Shown here piece by piece: positions 35,998-45,595 of a stretch of DNA of 64,000 nt. Source of the DNA: Minisyncoccota bacterium (GTDB lineage: Bacteria > Patescibacteriota > Minisyncoccia > Phycocordibacterales > JACRKE01); NCBI GenBank assembly GCA_041660505.1, contig JBAZWG010000001.1, positions 609,768 through 673,767 of the forward strand, given 5' to 3'. Below the pieces are notes generated by a model that saw nothing but the letters and a program-made list of their open reading frames with translations, was not told the origin of the DNA and did no database searches. The first letter of the stretch is position 1. Every line of letters starts with the position of its first letter. A program made the translations under genes and the position numbers.

Positions 35998-36386
35998 TGT
36001 TCTGGCGGATTATCCGAAGAAGATTGCGCCGGCGGCCGAAACGGCGGAAAGGTTCGACCAAGCACTATATAGCCCACAAGGAAAATGCTCGAGCGCTCGT
36101 GCATGAACGCTTAGCGCATTTTAATACGCGCTATAGTTTTGCGATCGGCCGAGTGGCGATACGCAACCAGAAGAGCCGATGGGGAAGCTGTTCGAAGAAA
36201 GGAAACTTAAATTTTAATTACAGAATTGTCTTGTTGCCGGCGCATCTCGCCGATTATGTGATTGTCCATGAGCTTTGCCACATCGGTGAGTTCAATCATT
36301 CACGCAAATTCTGGGTGCTCGTCGCGCAAGCCGCGCCCGATTGGCGGCGACACAGAGCGGAGCTTAAACGAGTGCGTTTGAAATAA
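35997..36386 (+). CDS. YgjP/DUF45-like HExxH metal-dependent hydrolase, short form with Arg-rich N-terminus
   Basis: VIVHELCHIGEFNHSRKFW matches the DUF45 HELxH..NHS..FW signature; only about 129 aa. Confidence 0.55.
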   Translation: MFWRIIRRRLRRRPKRRKGSTKHYIAHKENARALVHERLAHFNTRYSFAIGRVAIRNQKSRWGSCSKKGNLNFNYRIVLLPAHLADYVIVHELCHIGEFNHSRKFWVLVAQAAPDWRRHRAELKRVRLK

Positions 36387-36417
36387 TTATGCAAATAATG
36401 CTATTATTGCAAAACAT

Positions 36418-37116
36418 ATGAGCATCCAATCAAAAGCCTATCTTTTAATTCTCGCTTGTATCGTCGGCGCGGGAATTTATTTTCTCCAAGAACCGCCAAA
36501 GGAGACTATTGCCGGCGACCAAGTTGCCCAAGTGTCGGCCATATCTCCTACACCAGATGCAAACGCATCAGCAACGACCACTAATCAAGAACAAATAACA
36601 CAAAATAATCAAGAAAGTAATAAAGAAAAAGTCATGACCAAAGCAACATTAGAGACGAATTACGGGGAGATAGTTATAGAATTCCTGCCAGCGCAGGCGC
36701 CGAACACGGTCGCGAACTTCATTAAGCTGGCAGGGGCCGGCTTCTACGACGGCACACGCTTCCACCGCGTCATGAAAGATTTCATGATCCAGGGTGGCGA
36801 CCCATTAAGCAAAGACGAGGCTCAGGCATCACGTTGGGGGACGGGCGGCCCGAACTATACCTTCGCCGACGAGATAAGCGCAAGCAACCACGATGTCGCC
36901 GGTACGATAGCGATGGCGAACGCCGGACCGAACACGAACGGCAGTCAGTTCTTCATTAACACCGCAGATAATAATTATCTGGACGGCAAGCATACTGTCT
37001 TCGGCAAAGTGACGGCCGGCATGGACGTTGTCGACGCAATCCAGAATGTGGAAGTCGACGACATCTCAAGTAGGCCGGTGAAAAGTGTGACTATAGAAAA
37101 AGTCGTGTTACAATAG
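36418..37116 (+). CDS. cyclophilin-type peptidyl-prolyl isomerase with N-terminal membrane anchor
   Basis: FHRVMKDFMIQGGDP...HDVAGTIAMANAGPNTNGSQFFINT. Confidence 0.85.
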   Translation: MSIQSKAYLLILACIVGAGIYFLQEPPKETIAGDQVAQVSAISPTPDANASATTTNQEQITQNNQESNKEKVMTKATLETNYGEIVIEFLPAQAPNTVANFIKLAGAGFYDGTRFHRVMKDFMIQGGDPLSKDEAQASRWGTGGPNYTFADEISASNHDVAGTIAMANAGPNTNGSQFFINTADNNYLDGKHTVFGKVTAGMDVVDAIQNVEVDDISSRPVKSVTIEKVVLQ

Positions 37117-37284
37117 TAGTGTTATTAAAGCCGACGTTTCAGTCGGCTCCCCGACCAGAGCGTCGGGGCTAAAAACTAATACAATGGCAAAAGGTAACAA
37201 CCGCCAGCAGAAGAACAAGAAGAAGCCGAAGGCTGACAAGAAAAAATAGTCCAGAAGAAATAAATTTTGTGCTAGACTAGCCTG

Positions 37285-38919
37285 ATGACACAGTCACAGG
37301 CGTTGGATATTTTAAAGACCGGAGCGAACGTGTTCCTCACAGGCGAGCCGGGCGCGGGCAAGACTCATACTATCAACGAGTACATCTGGTATCTGCGCAG
37401 TCGCGGGATAGAGACGGCCGTAACGGCTTCGACCGGCATTGCCGCGACGCATCTATCCGGCATGACGATACACTCATGGAGCGGTATAGGCATCAAGCCG
37501 AAACTTTCGCAGTATGATTTGGACAAACTCACAACCAATGAGTATTTGGTAAAGAGAATTGCGCGGGCGAAGGTCTTGATTATCGATGAAGTGTCGATGC
37601 TCGGGCCGGACACAGTGACGATGGTGGATCAAGTCTGTCGCGAGATACGGATGTCGGGTGAGCCCTTCGGCGGGTTGCAAGTGATATTTGTGGGTGATTT
37701 CTTCCAATTACCGCCAGTCGTTAAAGAAATGCCCAAAGCAAAAGCAGACGAATTTTCACAAGAAATACTTTTTGACGAGATGTCCGAGGTCTCGCCTCGG
37801 ACAGATAGATTTGCTTACTCTTCTCCCGCATGGCAATCAGCTAACGTGATTACTTGCTATTTAACAGAGCAACATCGGCAGGATGATAACGATTTTCTAG
37901 AGCTACTTTCGGCGATACGGCATAACGAATTTACCGAAGATCATTTATTACATCTCGTAAAGCGCAAAGTTGATAGAGAGAAGATTCCGGCCGGGATCCC
38001 CAAATTATATTCGCACAATGTGAATGTCGACGCCGTGAACGACGGCACGCTTAAGAAAATAGAGGGCGATGAGAAGGTGTACGTGATGCAGACAGAGGGT
38101 AAAGAATGGCTTGTGGAGGCGCTTAAACGCGGTTGCCTATCGCCGGAGAAACTCGTGCTCAAGATCGGTGCTGAAGTGATGTTCACAAAAAATAAACCTA
38201 AAGATGGTTTCGTGAACGGCACACAGGGCGTGGTCGAGAAATTTTCCGAATTTACGAACAATCCGATTGTAAAAACGAAATCAGGCCAGCGTATCGAAGT
38301 TGAGCCGATGATGGGCTGGTCTATCGAGGAGAACGGCAAGGTCAAGGCGAGCTTGACCCAGTTACCTTTACGTCTGGCTTGGGCTATCACGGTGCACAAG
38401 AGCCAAGGTATGAGTATGGACGCGGCGGTCATGGACTTGGGCCAAGTCTTCGAATACGGCCAAGGGTACGTGGCGCTCTCTAGGGTGCGCCGGCTCGCCG
38501 GCGTGCACCTCCTCGGCTGGAACGAGCGCGCCTTCCAAGTTCACCCCGAAGTGCTGGCGCAAGACGAAGTTTTCCGCGCGTCGTCGGACGAAGCGGAAGA
38601 AGCCTTCACTAAACTAACGGCCGAAGAGCTCAAGAAGATGCACGATAACTTTATCATCTCATGCGGCGGAAAGGTGAATCGAAAGTTGAAAGTAGAAAGT
38701 AGAAAGTTGAAAGGGAATACCAAAACGAATACAGGCAAACTGGCAGAAATTAGAGAGAAGCATACCAATGCTTATAGACCGTGGGACAAGGCGCAAGAGA
38801 AGATGCTCAAAGAACTTTTCGAAAGTGAAGTGAAGATAAGCGCGATAGCAAAGCAACTTGGCCGCAAGCCGGGCGCCATCAGAATGCGGCTGGAGAGGTT
38901 GGGGCTGATTTCGAAATAA
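37285..38919 (+). CDS. Pif1/RecD-family SF1 helicase with C-terminal HTH-like tail
   Basis: Walker A GEPGAGKTH; LIIDEVSML; motif VI WAITVHKSQGMSMD; C-terminal basic helix-turn-helix-like segment. Confidence 0.75.
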   Translation: MTQSQALDILKTGANVFLTGEPGAGKTHTINEYIWYLRSRGIETAVTASTGIAATHLSGMTIHSWSGIGIKPKLSQYDLDKLTTNEYLVKRIARAKVLIIDEVSMLGPDTVTMVDQVCREIRMSGEPFGGLQVIFVGDFFQLPPVVKEMPKAKADEFSQEILFDEMSEVSPRTDRFAYSSPAWQSANVITCYLTEQHRQDDNDFLELLSAIRHNEFTEDHLLHLVKRKVDREKIPAGIPKLYSHNVNVDAVNDGTLKKIEGDEKVYVMQTEGKEWLVEALKRGCLSPEKLVLKIGAEVMFTKNKPKDGFVNGTQGVVEKFSEFTNNPIVKTKSGQRIEVEPMMGWSIEENGKVKASLTQLPLRLAWAITVHKSQGMSMDAAVMDLGQVFEYGQGYVALSRVRRLAGVHLLGWNERAFQVHPEVLAQDEVFRASSDEAEEAFTKLTAEELKKMHDNFIISCGGKVNRKLKVESRKLKGNTKTNTGKLAEIREKHTNAYRPWDKAQEKMLKELFESEVKISAIAKQLGRKPGAIRMRLERLGLISK

Positions 38920-38929
38920 TGATATACTG

Positions 38930-39847
38930 GTGACTATGATAAATGCTTTTGTCGGCCATATACGGCGTAATATTATTGTTCTCGCGCTTATCCTCGTTGT
39001 CGGCGGGTTTGTCGCGTATCAATATACGCAGATCAATAGCTTGACCGGCAAGCTTGCCTCGCTCCAGACGCAGGTCGCCTCGACGACAGCCGAGCAAACA
39101 CAGAAGGCCGACGAACTCGCGCAGGGTATCTCGGGTCTGACATCACAAACGGCCGGGCTGTCGAACACCCTTAATAACGCCCAGCAAAATATCGACGCGG
39201 TCAAGTCGCAAGTCGGTGGCGTGGCGCAGACTGTCGGCGGTTTACAGAAGCTTGCAACGATTGACCCGCAGCTGCTGAAAAAATATTCCAAAGTTTATTT
39301 CTTGAACGACAACTACACACCGGCGCATCTCTATGGTGTCCCCAATGACTATCTCTACAGCAATAAAAAGCCCGAGCAGTACATCGTCGAGGCGTGGCCA
39401 TTCCTCAAAGTGATGCTCGACACGGCGAAGGCGAACGGCATCACCATCTATATCAACTCCGCGTATCGTTCATTTGCCGAGCAGAAGTTGCTCAAGTCAA
39501 CTTACAAGGTGGTCTACGGTGCCGGCACGGCCAACTCGTTCTCGGCCGACCAAGGATATTCCGAACATCAGCTCGGCACGGCGGTAGACCTCATTATGCC
39601 GGGCTCGGCCGGCGTGCTCGAGGGATTCGACAAGACGCCCGGTTATCAGTGGATGGTGGCGAACGCGTACCGCTTCGGTTTCGAATTGTCGTATCCTAAG
39701 GGTAATCAATATTATGTCTCCGAGCCATGGCACTGGCGCTTCGTCGGCGTCAAACTCGCGACCTATTTGCACGACAATAACAAGAATTTCTATGATATAG
39801 ACCAGCGCGACATCGACCCGTACCTGATTAATATTTTTGATAATTAA
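38930..39847 (+). CDS. VanY-type D,D-carboxypeptidase (peptidase M15B) with TM anchor and coiled-coil linker
   Basis: SAYRSFAEQ...SEHQLGTAVDL...EPWHWRFVG are LAS-metallopeptidase zinc ligand motifs. Confidence 0.75.
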   Translation: MTMINAFVGHIRRNIIVLALILVVGGFVAYQYTQINSLTGKLASLQTQVASTTAEQTQKADELAQGISGLTSQTAGLSNTLNNAQQNIDAVKSQVGGVAQTVGGLQKLATIDPQLLKKYSKVYFLNDNYTPAHLYGVPNDYLYSNKKPEQYIVEAWPFLKVMLDTAKANGITIYINSAYRSFAEQKLLKSTYKVVYGAGTANSFSADQGYSEHQLGTAVDLIMPGSAGVLEGFDKTPGYQWMVANAYRFGFELSYPKGNQYYVSEPWHWRFVGVKLATYLHDNNKNFYDIDQRDIDPYLINIFDN

Positions 39848-39865
39848 TTTAATAACAATATTATT

Positions 39866-40783
39866 ATGAAAAATTGGATAATTGGCATTCTTGTTCTTGT
39901 TGTTGTCGGGGGTATCGGATATTTCTTAATGACCAACGGGTCAAAGAGTTCTGAACCTGTAAATCAGGAGCAGGCAACGAGCACAACCGGTGCGCAGACA
40001 GCGACAACTACAACAACAACGGCGGCACAAGAAAATTCAGGGCAGACTGTCATCGGTAAGTCGGTCGAAGGGCGCGATATCATTGCGTATCACTTCGGCA
40101 CGGGCCCTGAAGAAATTCTTTTGATCGGTGGCATCCACGGCGGGTATGAATGGAATACTACCTACCTTGCAAATACACTCGTTGATTACTTTCCGAAAAA
40201 CTCGAAGTTGATTCCTGGTAATCTAAATATCACAATTATCCCGACAATGAACATAGATGGCTTCGCTAAGATTGCTGATGGTCAATACCTTGGCGACGCC
40301 CCGATTTTCACTGCGGCCTCCTCCGCGCAGCTTACTGAGGCTCGCTTTAACGCCAATACCGTCGACTTGAACCGCAACTTCGATTGTAACTGGCAAGCAT
40401 CCGGCGTTTGGCAGAATAAGAAAGTTAGCGGTGGCAGTGCGCCGTTCTCCGAACCGGAAAGTCAGGCTATTAAGAATTATATCGAAGCAAATCACCCGAA
40501 AGCAGTTGTCGTCTATTACAGCGCGGCAGGTGGGGTGTACTCGTCGAGTTGTGGTAACGGTATTTTACCCGAAACCAAGGCTCTCACCTCACTTTACGCT
40601 AAAGCATCCGGCTATAAAGCCTACGACAAGTTCGATGCCTACCAAACATCTGGCGACATGGTCGACTGGCTGGCGAAAATAAATATTCCGGCAATCAGTG
40701 TTTTGCTCACTAATCACACTGATATTGAACTTGATAAAAATCTCGCGGGAGTGAAAGCTGTTTTCGCAAAATACGCGAAATAA
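39866..40783 (+). CDS. M14-family zinc carboxypeptidase-like protein (paralog A)
   Basis: GGIHGGYEW (HxxE-like) and VDLNRNF motifs; TM anchor plus Thr-rich linker. Confidence 0.62.
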   Translation: MKNWIIGILVLVVVGGIGYFLMTNGSKSSEPVNQEQATSTTGAQTATTTTTTAAQENSGQTVIGKSVEGRDIIAYHFGTGPEEILLIGGIHGGYEWNTTYLANTLVDYFPKNSKLIPGNLNITIIPTMNIDGFAKIADGQYLGDAPIFTAASSAQLTEARFNANTVDLNRNFDCNWQASGVWQNKKVSGGSAPFSEPESQAIKNYIEANHPKAVVVYYSAAGGVYSSSCGNGILPETKALTSLYAKASGYKAYDKFDAYQTSGDMVDWLAKINIPAISVLLTNHTDIELDKNLAGVKAVFAKYAK

Positions 40784-40786
40784 GTA

Positions 40787-41746
40787 ATGACGAAGATTTT
40801 CCCACGGTGGGTCGTTATCACGATTATTGCAGTAGTGGCGCTTGGCCTAGGCTTCTCTGTTGTCGCATTATTACAAAAACAACCAACGCCGGCGCCGAAC
40901 CCTGTCGCGCAAAAAGTTGAAAAGGCAAATCCCGAACGCAAAGTCATTGGCAAGTCTGTCGAAGGTCGTGATATCGAGGCGTTTACTTACCGTTCAAACC
41001 TCACCCCTGACCCCTCTCCGAAGGAGAGGGGAGGAATCAGTATTTCCCCCTCCCTTTCGGGGAGGGGGCCGGGGGGTGAGGTGCTTCTCTTCGTCGGCGG
41101 TATCCACGGCGGGTACGAATGGAATAGCGTCGTGCTCGCTTATGACTTGATGGACTACCTCGTCGCAAATCCAGACGCAATTCCCGCGAACGTGCATGTT
41201 ACTGTGATTCCGAACGCCAACCCCGATGGCGTCTTCAAGGTCATCGGCAAAGAAGGGCGCTTCACAATTGCCGATGTGCCGGCTACTGGTGATCAAAGTA
41301 TCGGCCGTTTGAACGCTGACGGCGTAGACTTGAACAGGAACTTCAATTGTAAGTGGAGCCCGAAGGGAGTGTGGAAGGGTAAGTCTGTCGGCACCGGCAC
41401 CGGTCCTTTCTCGGAGCCGGAGGCGATGGCGCTCCGCAATTATATTTTAGAGAACAAGCCCAACGTCGCAGTTTTCTATCACAGTCAGGCCAACGCTGTT
41501 TACGCATCGCAGTGTGAGAAAGGCATCTTGCCAGAGACAACGAACATCATGAACACCTACGCCAAAGCGTCGGGTTACAAGGCCGTCCCGACCTTCGACA
41601 GCTACGCGGTCACGGGCGCGTCGGAGGATTGGCTCGCGTCGCAAAACATTCCCGCGATTACCGTAGAATTATCCTCGCATAAAAAAGTCGAATGGGAGAA
41701 AAATCTGCTTGGCATCACGGCAATCATCGATTATTATAGAAGGTAA
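40787..41746 (+). CDS. M14-family zinc carboxypeptidase-like protein (paralog B) carrying in-frame palindromic insertions
   Basis: Same motifs as paralog A. Where paralog A has GTGPEE, paralog B has RSNLTPDPSPKERGGISISPSLSGRGPGGEV, encoded by two palindromic elements. Confidence 0.62.
   Translation: MTKIFPRWVVITIIAVVALGLGFSVVALLQKQPTPAPNPVAQKVEKANPERKVIGKSVEGRDIEAFTYRSNLTPDPSPKERGGISISPSLSGRGPGGEVLLFVGGIHGGYEWNSVVLAYDLMDYLVANPDAIPANVHVTVIPNANPDGVFKVIGKEGRFTIADVPATGDQSIGRLNADGVDLNRNFNCKWSPKGVWKGKSVGTGTGPFSEPEAMALRNYILENKPNVAVFYHSQANAVYASQCEKGILPETTNIMNTYAKASGYKAVPTFDSYAVTGASEDWLASQNIPAITVELSSHKKVEWEKNLLGITAIIDYYRR
41002..41068. repeat. two tandem, oppositely oriented GC-rich palindromic elements (CCCCTCTCCGAAGGAGAGGGG and CCCTCCCTTTCGGGGAGGG), in-frame
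   Basis: Each is a perfect hairpin; the insertion is absent from the adjacent paralog. Confidence 0.8.
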
Positions 41747-41755
41747 GTTGCGACC

Positions 41756-43597
41756 ATGAACCCCGCGAAAATCTTCGACCAGCCAATGCGCGAATACGTC
41801 ATCATTGTGGCGGTTTTTATTGCGCTCACTTTTAACTTTTTCGTGCCCGGCACACAAATGTTTCTCATAATCGCGGCGGCTATCGGTGGCATACCTACCG
41901 CAGTGGCGGGCTTGCGCGGATTTTTAAAACTTTCCATCACCATCGAAGCTTTCAACTTGGTCGCGCTTGTTATTTCGTTTATGACCGGGGAGTATCAATC
42001 GGCGGCGTTCATTGTACTTATGCTCTCCTTCGCCAGTTTGCTCGAGTGGCGCACGCAGTCGCGGACGCGTAACGCGGTGGCCGAACTTCTCGCTCTCAAG
42101 CCACGCACGGCGACCGTCGAACATGATGGTGCGACAAGTGAAGTCGAGGCAGACACGCTCAAAGAGGGCGACATATTCATCCTCATGGCTGGCGCGCGCG
42201 TACCGGCAGACGGCGTTATTGTGCAAGGCAGTGTCTTCGTTAATGAAGCATCGGTAACCGGCGAATCGGTGCCGATAGTTAAGGATATTGGCGAATCGGT
42301 GCTCTCCGGCACATTGGGCGACTCCGGTGCCGCCAAAGTGCGCGTTACCCACATCGGCAAGGAGTCTACGCTCGAGCGTATGGCGGTACTTATCGAAGAG
42401 GCGCTTAAACATAAATCCAAGACCGAGCGATTGGCTGACAGGTTTGCCACAATATTTTTACCCGTCGTTTTGTTGCTTGGCGCGGGGACTTACTACTTCA
42501 CCCACAACTTGATGATGGTGGCCTCAATCTTTCTCGTCGCTTGCGCTGATGATATGGCGGTGGCGATACCCTTGGCGGTTAGCGCGGCCATCGGTTCGGC
42601 AGCCAAGCGCGGAGTGGTCGTCAAAGGCGGGGAATGGCTCGACGCCTTGAGCCGAGTGAAGACAGTGGTGCTCGACAAAACAGGAACTCTCACCTACGGC
42701 AGCTTCAACGTCAGCACGGTTGCCATCGAGCCCGGCGTTAATGAAAAAGAATTTTGGACGCTCGTCGCCTCGGCGGAGAGATATTCCGAACATCCGGTCG
42801 CCCGCGCAATATTCAAAGAGGCGAAGGAGTGGGTGGAGAAGGTGCCGGACTACAGCGAACTCAAAACAATCAAAGGTTGCGGAGTCACGGCGAAGGTGCA
42901 CGGACATGATGTGGCCGTGGGCGACGAAGGAATCTTAGAACTTTCGAAAGTCGTGAATGAAGACCGGGCGCGCACCGCGCTCGATGTCCTGGCGAAGAAA
43001 GCGGAGACTGCTGCCATCGTCGTCATTGATGGCAAATTCGCCGGGAGCTTCGGTATCTCGGATATGCCTAAGCCCGAAGCGCGTTTAAGCATCGACGCTC
43101 TGCGCCAAGCGGGTGTGGCGCACGTGGTGATGTTTACCGGTGACAACACGGCGGTGGCGAATGCGATGGCAGACGCTATGGGTATTACGGAAGTATCGTC
43201 GGCGATGTCACCCGCGGATAAATTAAATAAACTGGAATCTTTGCCAGGGCCTGTGGCGATGGTAGGCGACGGTATCAATGATGCACCCGCTTTGGCTCGC
43301 TCGGATGTCGGCATTGCCATGGGTATCGGCGGGACGGCAGTCTCCGTCGAGGCGGCGGACATCGTGGTGATGACAGATAACCTCTCGCGCATAAGTGAGA
43401 TGATCGCCTTGGGTCGACGGACGCGATCGGTCGTGCACTGGGACGTTATAATCTGGGCGGTGACGAATGTCATCGGCTTCGTTTTAGTATTTACCGGTGT
43501 GCTCGGCCCAGCTCTCGCGGCATTCTATAATTTTATCACCGACTTCCTCCCGCTTATCAACTCCGCGCGATTATTTAGAGAAAAATCTAATGTATAA
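41756..43597 (+). CDS. P-type ATPase (cation transporting; specificity unclear, no canonical CPC motif)
   Basis: DKTGTLT phosphorylation motif; MVGDGINDAPAL hinge; 613 aa; TM6 reads ACADD rather than CPC. Confidence 0.78.
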   Translation: MNPAKIFDQPMREYVIIVAVFIALTFNFFVPGTQMFLIIAAAIGGIPTAVAGLRGFLKLSITIEAFNLVALVISFMTGEYQSAAFIVLMLSFASLLEWRTQSRTRNAVAELLALKPRTATVEHDGATSEVEADTLKEGDIFILMAGARVPADGVIVQGSVFVNEASVTGESVPIVKDIGESVLSGTLGDSGAAKVRVTHIGKESTLERMAVLIEEALKHKSKTERLADRFATIFLPVVLLLGAGTYYFTHNLMMVASIFLVACADDMAVAIPLAVSAAIGSAAKRGVVVKGGEWLDALSRVKTVVLDKTGTLTYGSFNVSTVAIEPGVNEKEFWTLVASAERYSEHPVARAIFKEAKEWVEKVPDYSELKTIKGCGVTAKVHGHDVAVGDEGILELSKVVNEDRARTALDVLAKKAETAAIVVIDGKFAGSFGISDMPKPEARLSIDALRQAGVAHVVMFTGDNTAVANAMADAMGITEVSSAMSPADKLNKLESLPGPVAMVGDGINDAPALARSDVGIAMGIGGTAVSVEAADIVVMTDNLSRISEMIALGRRTRSVVHWDVIIWAVTNVIGFVLVFTGVLGPALAAFYNFITDFLPLINSARLFREKSNV

Positions 43598-43606
43598 TTT
43601 ATTTTT

Positions 43607-44323
43607 ATGCGCACAGTAATTTTCGATATCGAGACAATCGGCGAGGAGTACGGCAAAATGGATGAGTCAACACAGGAGCTTATCACGGCTTCGCTCAAAA
43701 AGTCGGCGGCGAGCGACGAAGAGTACGAGGCCGAGTTGGAACAGCTTAAAGACGGCTTGGGCTTCTCACCCCTTACCGGCGAAATTGTTGCCATCGGCGT
43801 GCATGATTTGGAACTGGAAAAAGGCGTCGTCTATTTTAATCCTGGAACTGGCCCGGCGAAAAATGATACAGAAGGCGCCTATCAGCTCAAACCGATGAAC
43901 GAAAAAGAAATGCTCGAGGCGTTCTGGGACGGTCTCAAGCAATATGACGTCATCGTTGGCTTCAATAGTCGTGCCTTCGATGGGCCATTCATGATGATTC
44001 GTTCACTCGTGCACGGCGTCAGGCCAAGCAAAGATATTTTAGCAGGCAGATATTTGTACCAGCAATTTAAGTCCGGCATCACGCACATCGACCTGATGGA
44101 CCAGCTCTCGTTCTACGGTGCCTCGCGCTTCAAGGGTAGCAGCTTGCATATGTTCTGCAGAGCGTTAGGCGTCGAGAGCCCAAAGGTAGGCGGTGTCACC
44201 GGCGACGACGTGACTGGCCTCTTCAAAGCCGGCAAATCTTTAGATATCGCCCGTTATAACACCAGAGACATCAAAGCCACGGCAGAATTATATAAAAAGT
44301 GGCGAGATACAATCGCGTTTTGA
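43607..44323 (+). CDS. DEDDy-type 3'-5' exonuclease (RNase H-like fold, PolB-exo-like)
   Basis: Exo I FDIETIG, Exo II GFNSRAFD, Exo III YNTRDIKATAELY. Confidence 0.62.
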   Translation: MRTVIFDIETIGEEYGKMDESTQELITASLKKSAASDEEYEAELEQLKDGLGFSPLTGEIVAIGVHDLELEKGVVYFNPGTGPAKNDTEGAYQLKPMNEKEMLEAFWDGLKQYDVIVGFNSRAFDGPFMMIRSLVHGVRPSKDILAGRYLYQQFKSGITHIDLMDQLSFYGASRFKGSSLHMFCRALGVESPKVGGVTGDDVTGLFKAGKSLDIARYNTRDIKATAELYKKWRDTIAF

Positions 44324-44369
44324 TTTTTCGACATTTTCTGCTAGAGTGAGCGTTCTCTATTAAATAATT

Positions 44370-45452
44370 TTGAACATTATGGCGACTCTAGGATTCCCTG
44401 TTTTTAAGACTAAAAAGAGTGGCGGTGAGAAGAAATACGACCTTGGCGATCCGAAGGGGCGTCAGAAATACTTCGAGTTCAAGGCAGGGAAGGAGATTAA
44501 GGACTTGCGCAAATTTTTGAAGAAGAACACCTTCGTCGCCTTCATGATGGGCAAGAAGAACTCGGGCAAGGGGACTTACACCAAGCTCTTCGGCGAGCAA
44601 GTCGGCCATGAACACATCTTGCATTTATCTGTCGGCGATGTCGTCCGCGATGCGCACAAAGAACTCGCTTCACCGGCGAAGAAGAAAGCGCTCGTGAAGT
44701 GGCTGAAAGAAAATTATCGCGGTATGATGCCACTTACAACCGCCGTTGATGCGCTCGAAGGCCGCAGTACGACGACGCTCGTGCCGACCGAACTTATCTT
44801 GGCTCTCGTCGAACGCGCGATAGACTTGCAAGGCAAAAAGAAAGCGGTCTTTATTGACGGCTTCCCCCGCGGGCTCGACCAAATTTCCTACGCGCTCTAC
44901 TTCCGTCACATTATGGGCTACCGCGACGACCCGGACTTCTTCGTCTTCATCGATGTGCCGACATCCGTCATCGCCGCACGCATGGACGGCCGAGTCATCT
45001 GCCCAATCTGTCACGTACCTCGCCATCCGCGACTCATGCGCACCAAGGAGATTGGATATGATACCGCAAAAAAAGAATTTTATCTGAAGTGTGACAACTC
45101 GTCCTGCAAAGGCGCGCGCATGGGTGCGAAGGAGGGTGACACACTCGGCATGGAAGCTATTAAAGGCCGGCTCGCGACCGATGAAAAAATTATGCGCGAC
45201 CTACTTGTCTTGGAAGGTGTACCGAAGTTGTCTGTCAGGAACACCGTACCGGTCACCGATGCGAAGAAGATGGTGGACGATTACGAAATAACACCAGGCT
45301 ACGAATATTCGCTTGACGCAAGTGGCAAAGTTGTGGTCGGAGAAGTACCTTGGACTGTCAAAGATGATGAGGGAATCGACTCATTTAGCCTCCTGCCGGC
45401 CGCGCCGGTGCTCGCTCTTATCAAGCAGATACACGCTATTTTGGGATTATAA
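44370..45452 (+). CDS. adenylate-kinase-family protein, long form with Cys4 zinc LID and N/C extensions
   Basis: P-loop GKKNSGKGTYT; IDGFPRGLDQ; LID with CPICHVPRHP...CDNSSC; 360 aa. Confidence 0.68.
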   Translation: MNIMATLGFPVFKTKKSGGEKKYDLGDPKGRQKYFEFKAGKEIKDLRKFLKKNTFVAFMMGKKNSGKGTYTKLFGEQVGHEHILHLSVGDVVRDAHKELASPAKKKALVKWLKENYRGMMPLTTAVDALEGRSTTTLVPTELILALVERAIDLQGKKKAVFIDGFPRGLDQISYALYFRHIMGYRDDPDFFVFIDVPTSVIAARMDGRVICPICHVPRHPRLMRTKEIGYDTAKKEFYLKCDNSSCKGARMGAKEGDTLGMEAIKGRLATDEKIMRDLLVLEGVPKLSVRNTVPVTDAKKMVDDYEITPGYEYSLDASGKVVVGEVPWTVKDDEGIDSFSLLPAAPVLALIKQIHAILGL

Positions 45453-45560
45453 ATTCCGCTGGGGAAAACTTGTGAATAAGTGCTGGATAACTTCTGTATA
45501 ACTTGGGGATGGATTAGCGCTACCGTGGCTAACATTTCTGTGGTCTGATTTGACACACAT

Positions 45561-45588
45561 TTGACACGCGCCGTGCCGGGTCTACAAT
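45561..45588 (+). promoter_or_regulatory. strong sigma70-like promoter TTGACA-N16-TACAAT in the adk2/RNase-J-like intergenic region
   Basis: Consensus -35 at 45561-45566 (a second TTGACA at 45550) and -10 at 45583-45588. Confidence 0.5.
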
Positions 45589-45595
45589 GGAGGCA

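Noticed and set aside
37184-37249. 21-aa Lys-rich micro-ORF (MAKGNNRQQKNKKKPKADKKK) after two hairpins
   Set aside because: It is too short and low-complexity to call; it is noted only as a possible tiny basic peptide.
42850-43473. 207-aa minus-strand ORF inside the P-type ATPase gene
   Set aside because: It is antisense to conserved DKTGT/GDGINDAP-encoding sequence.
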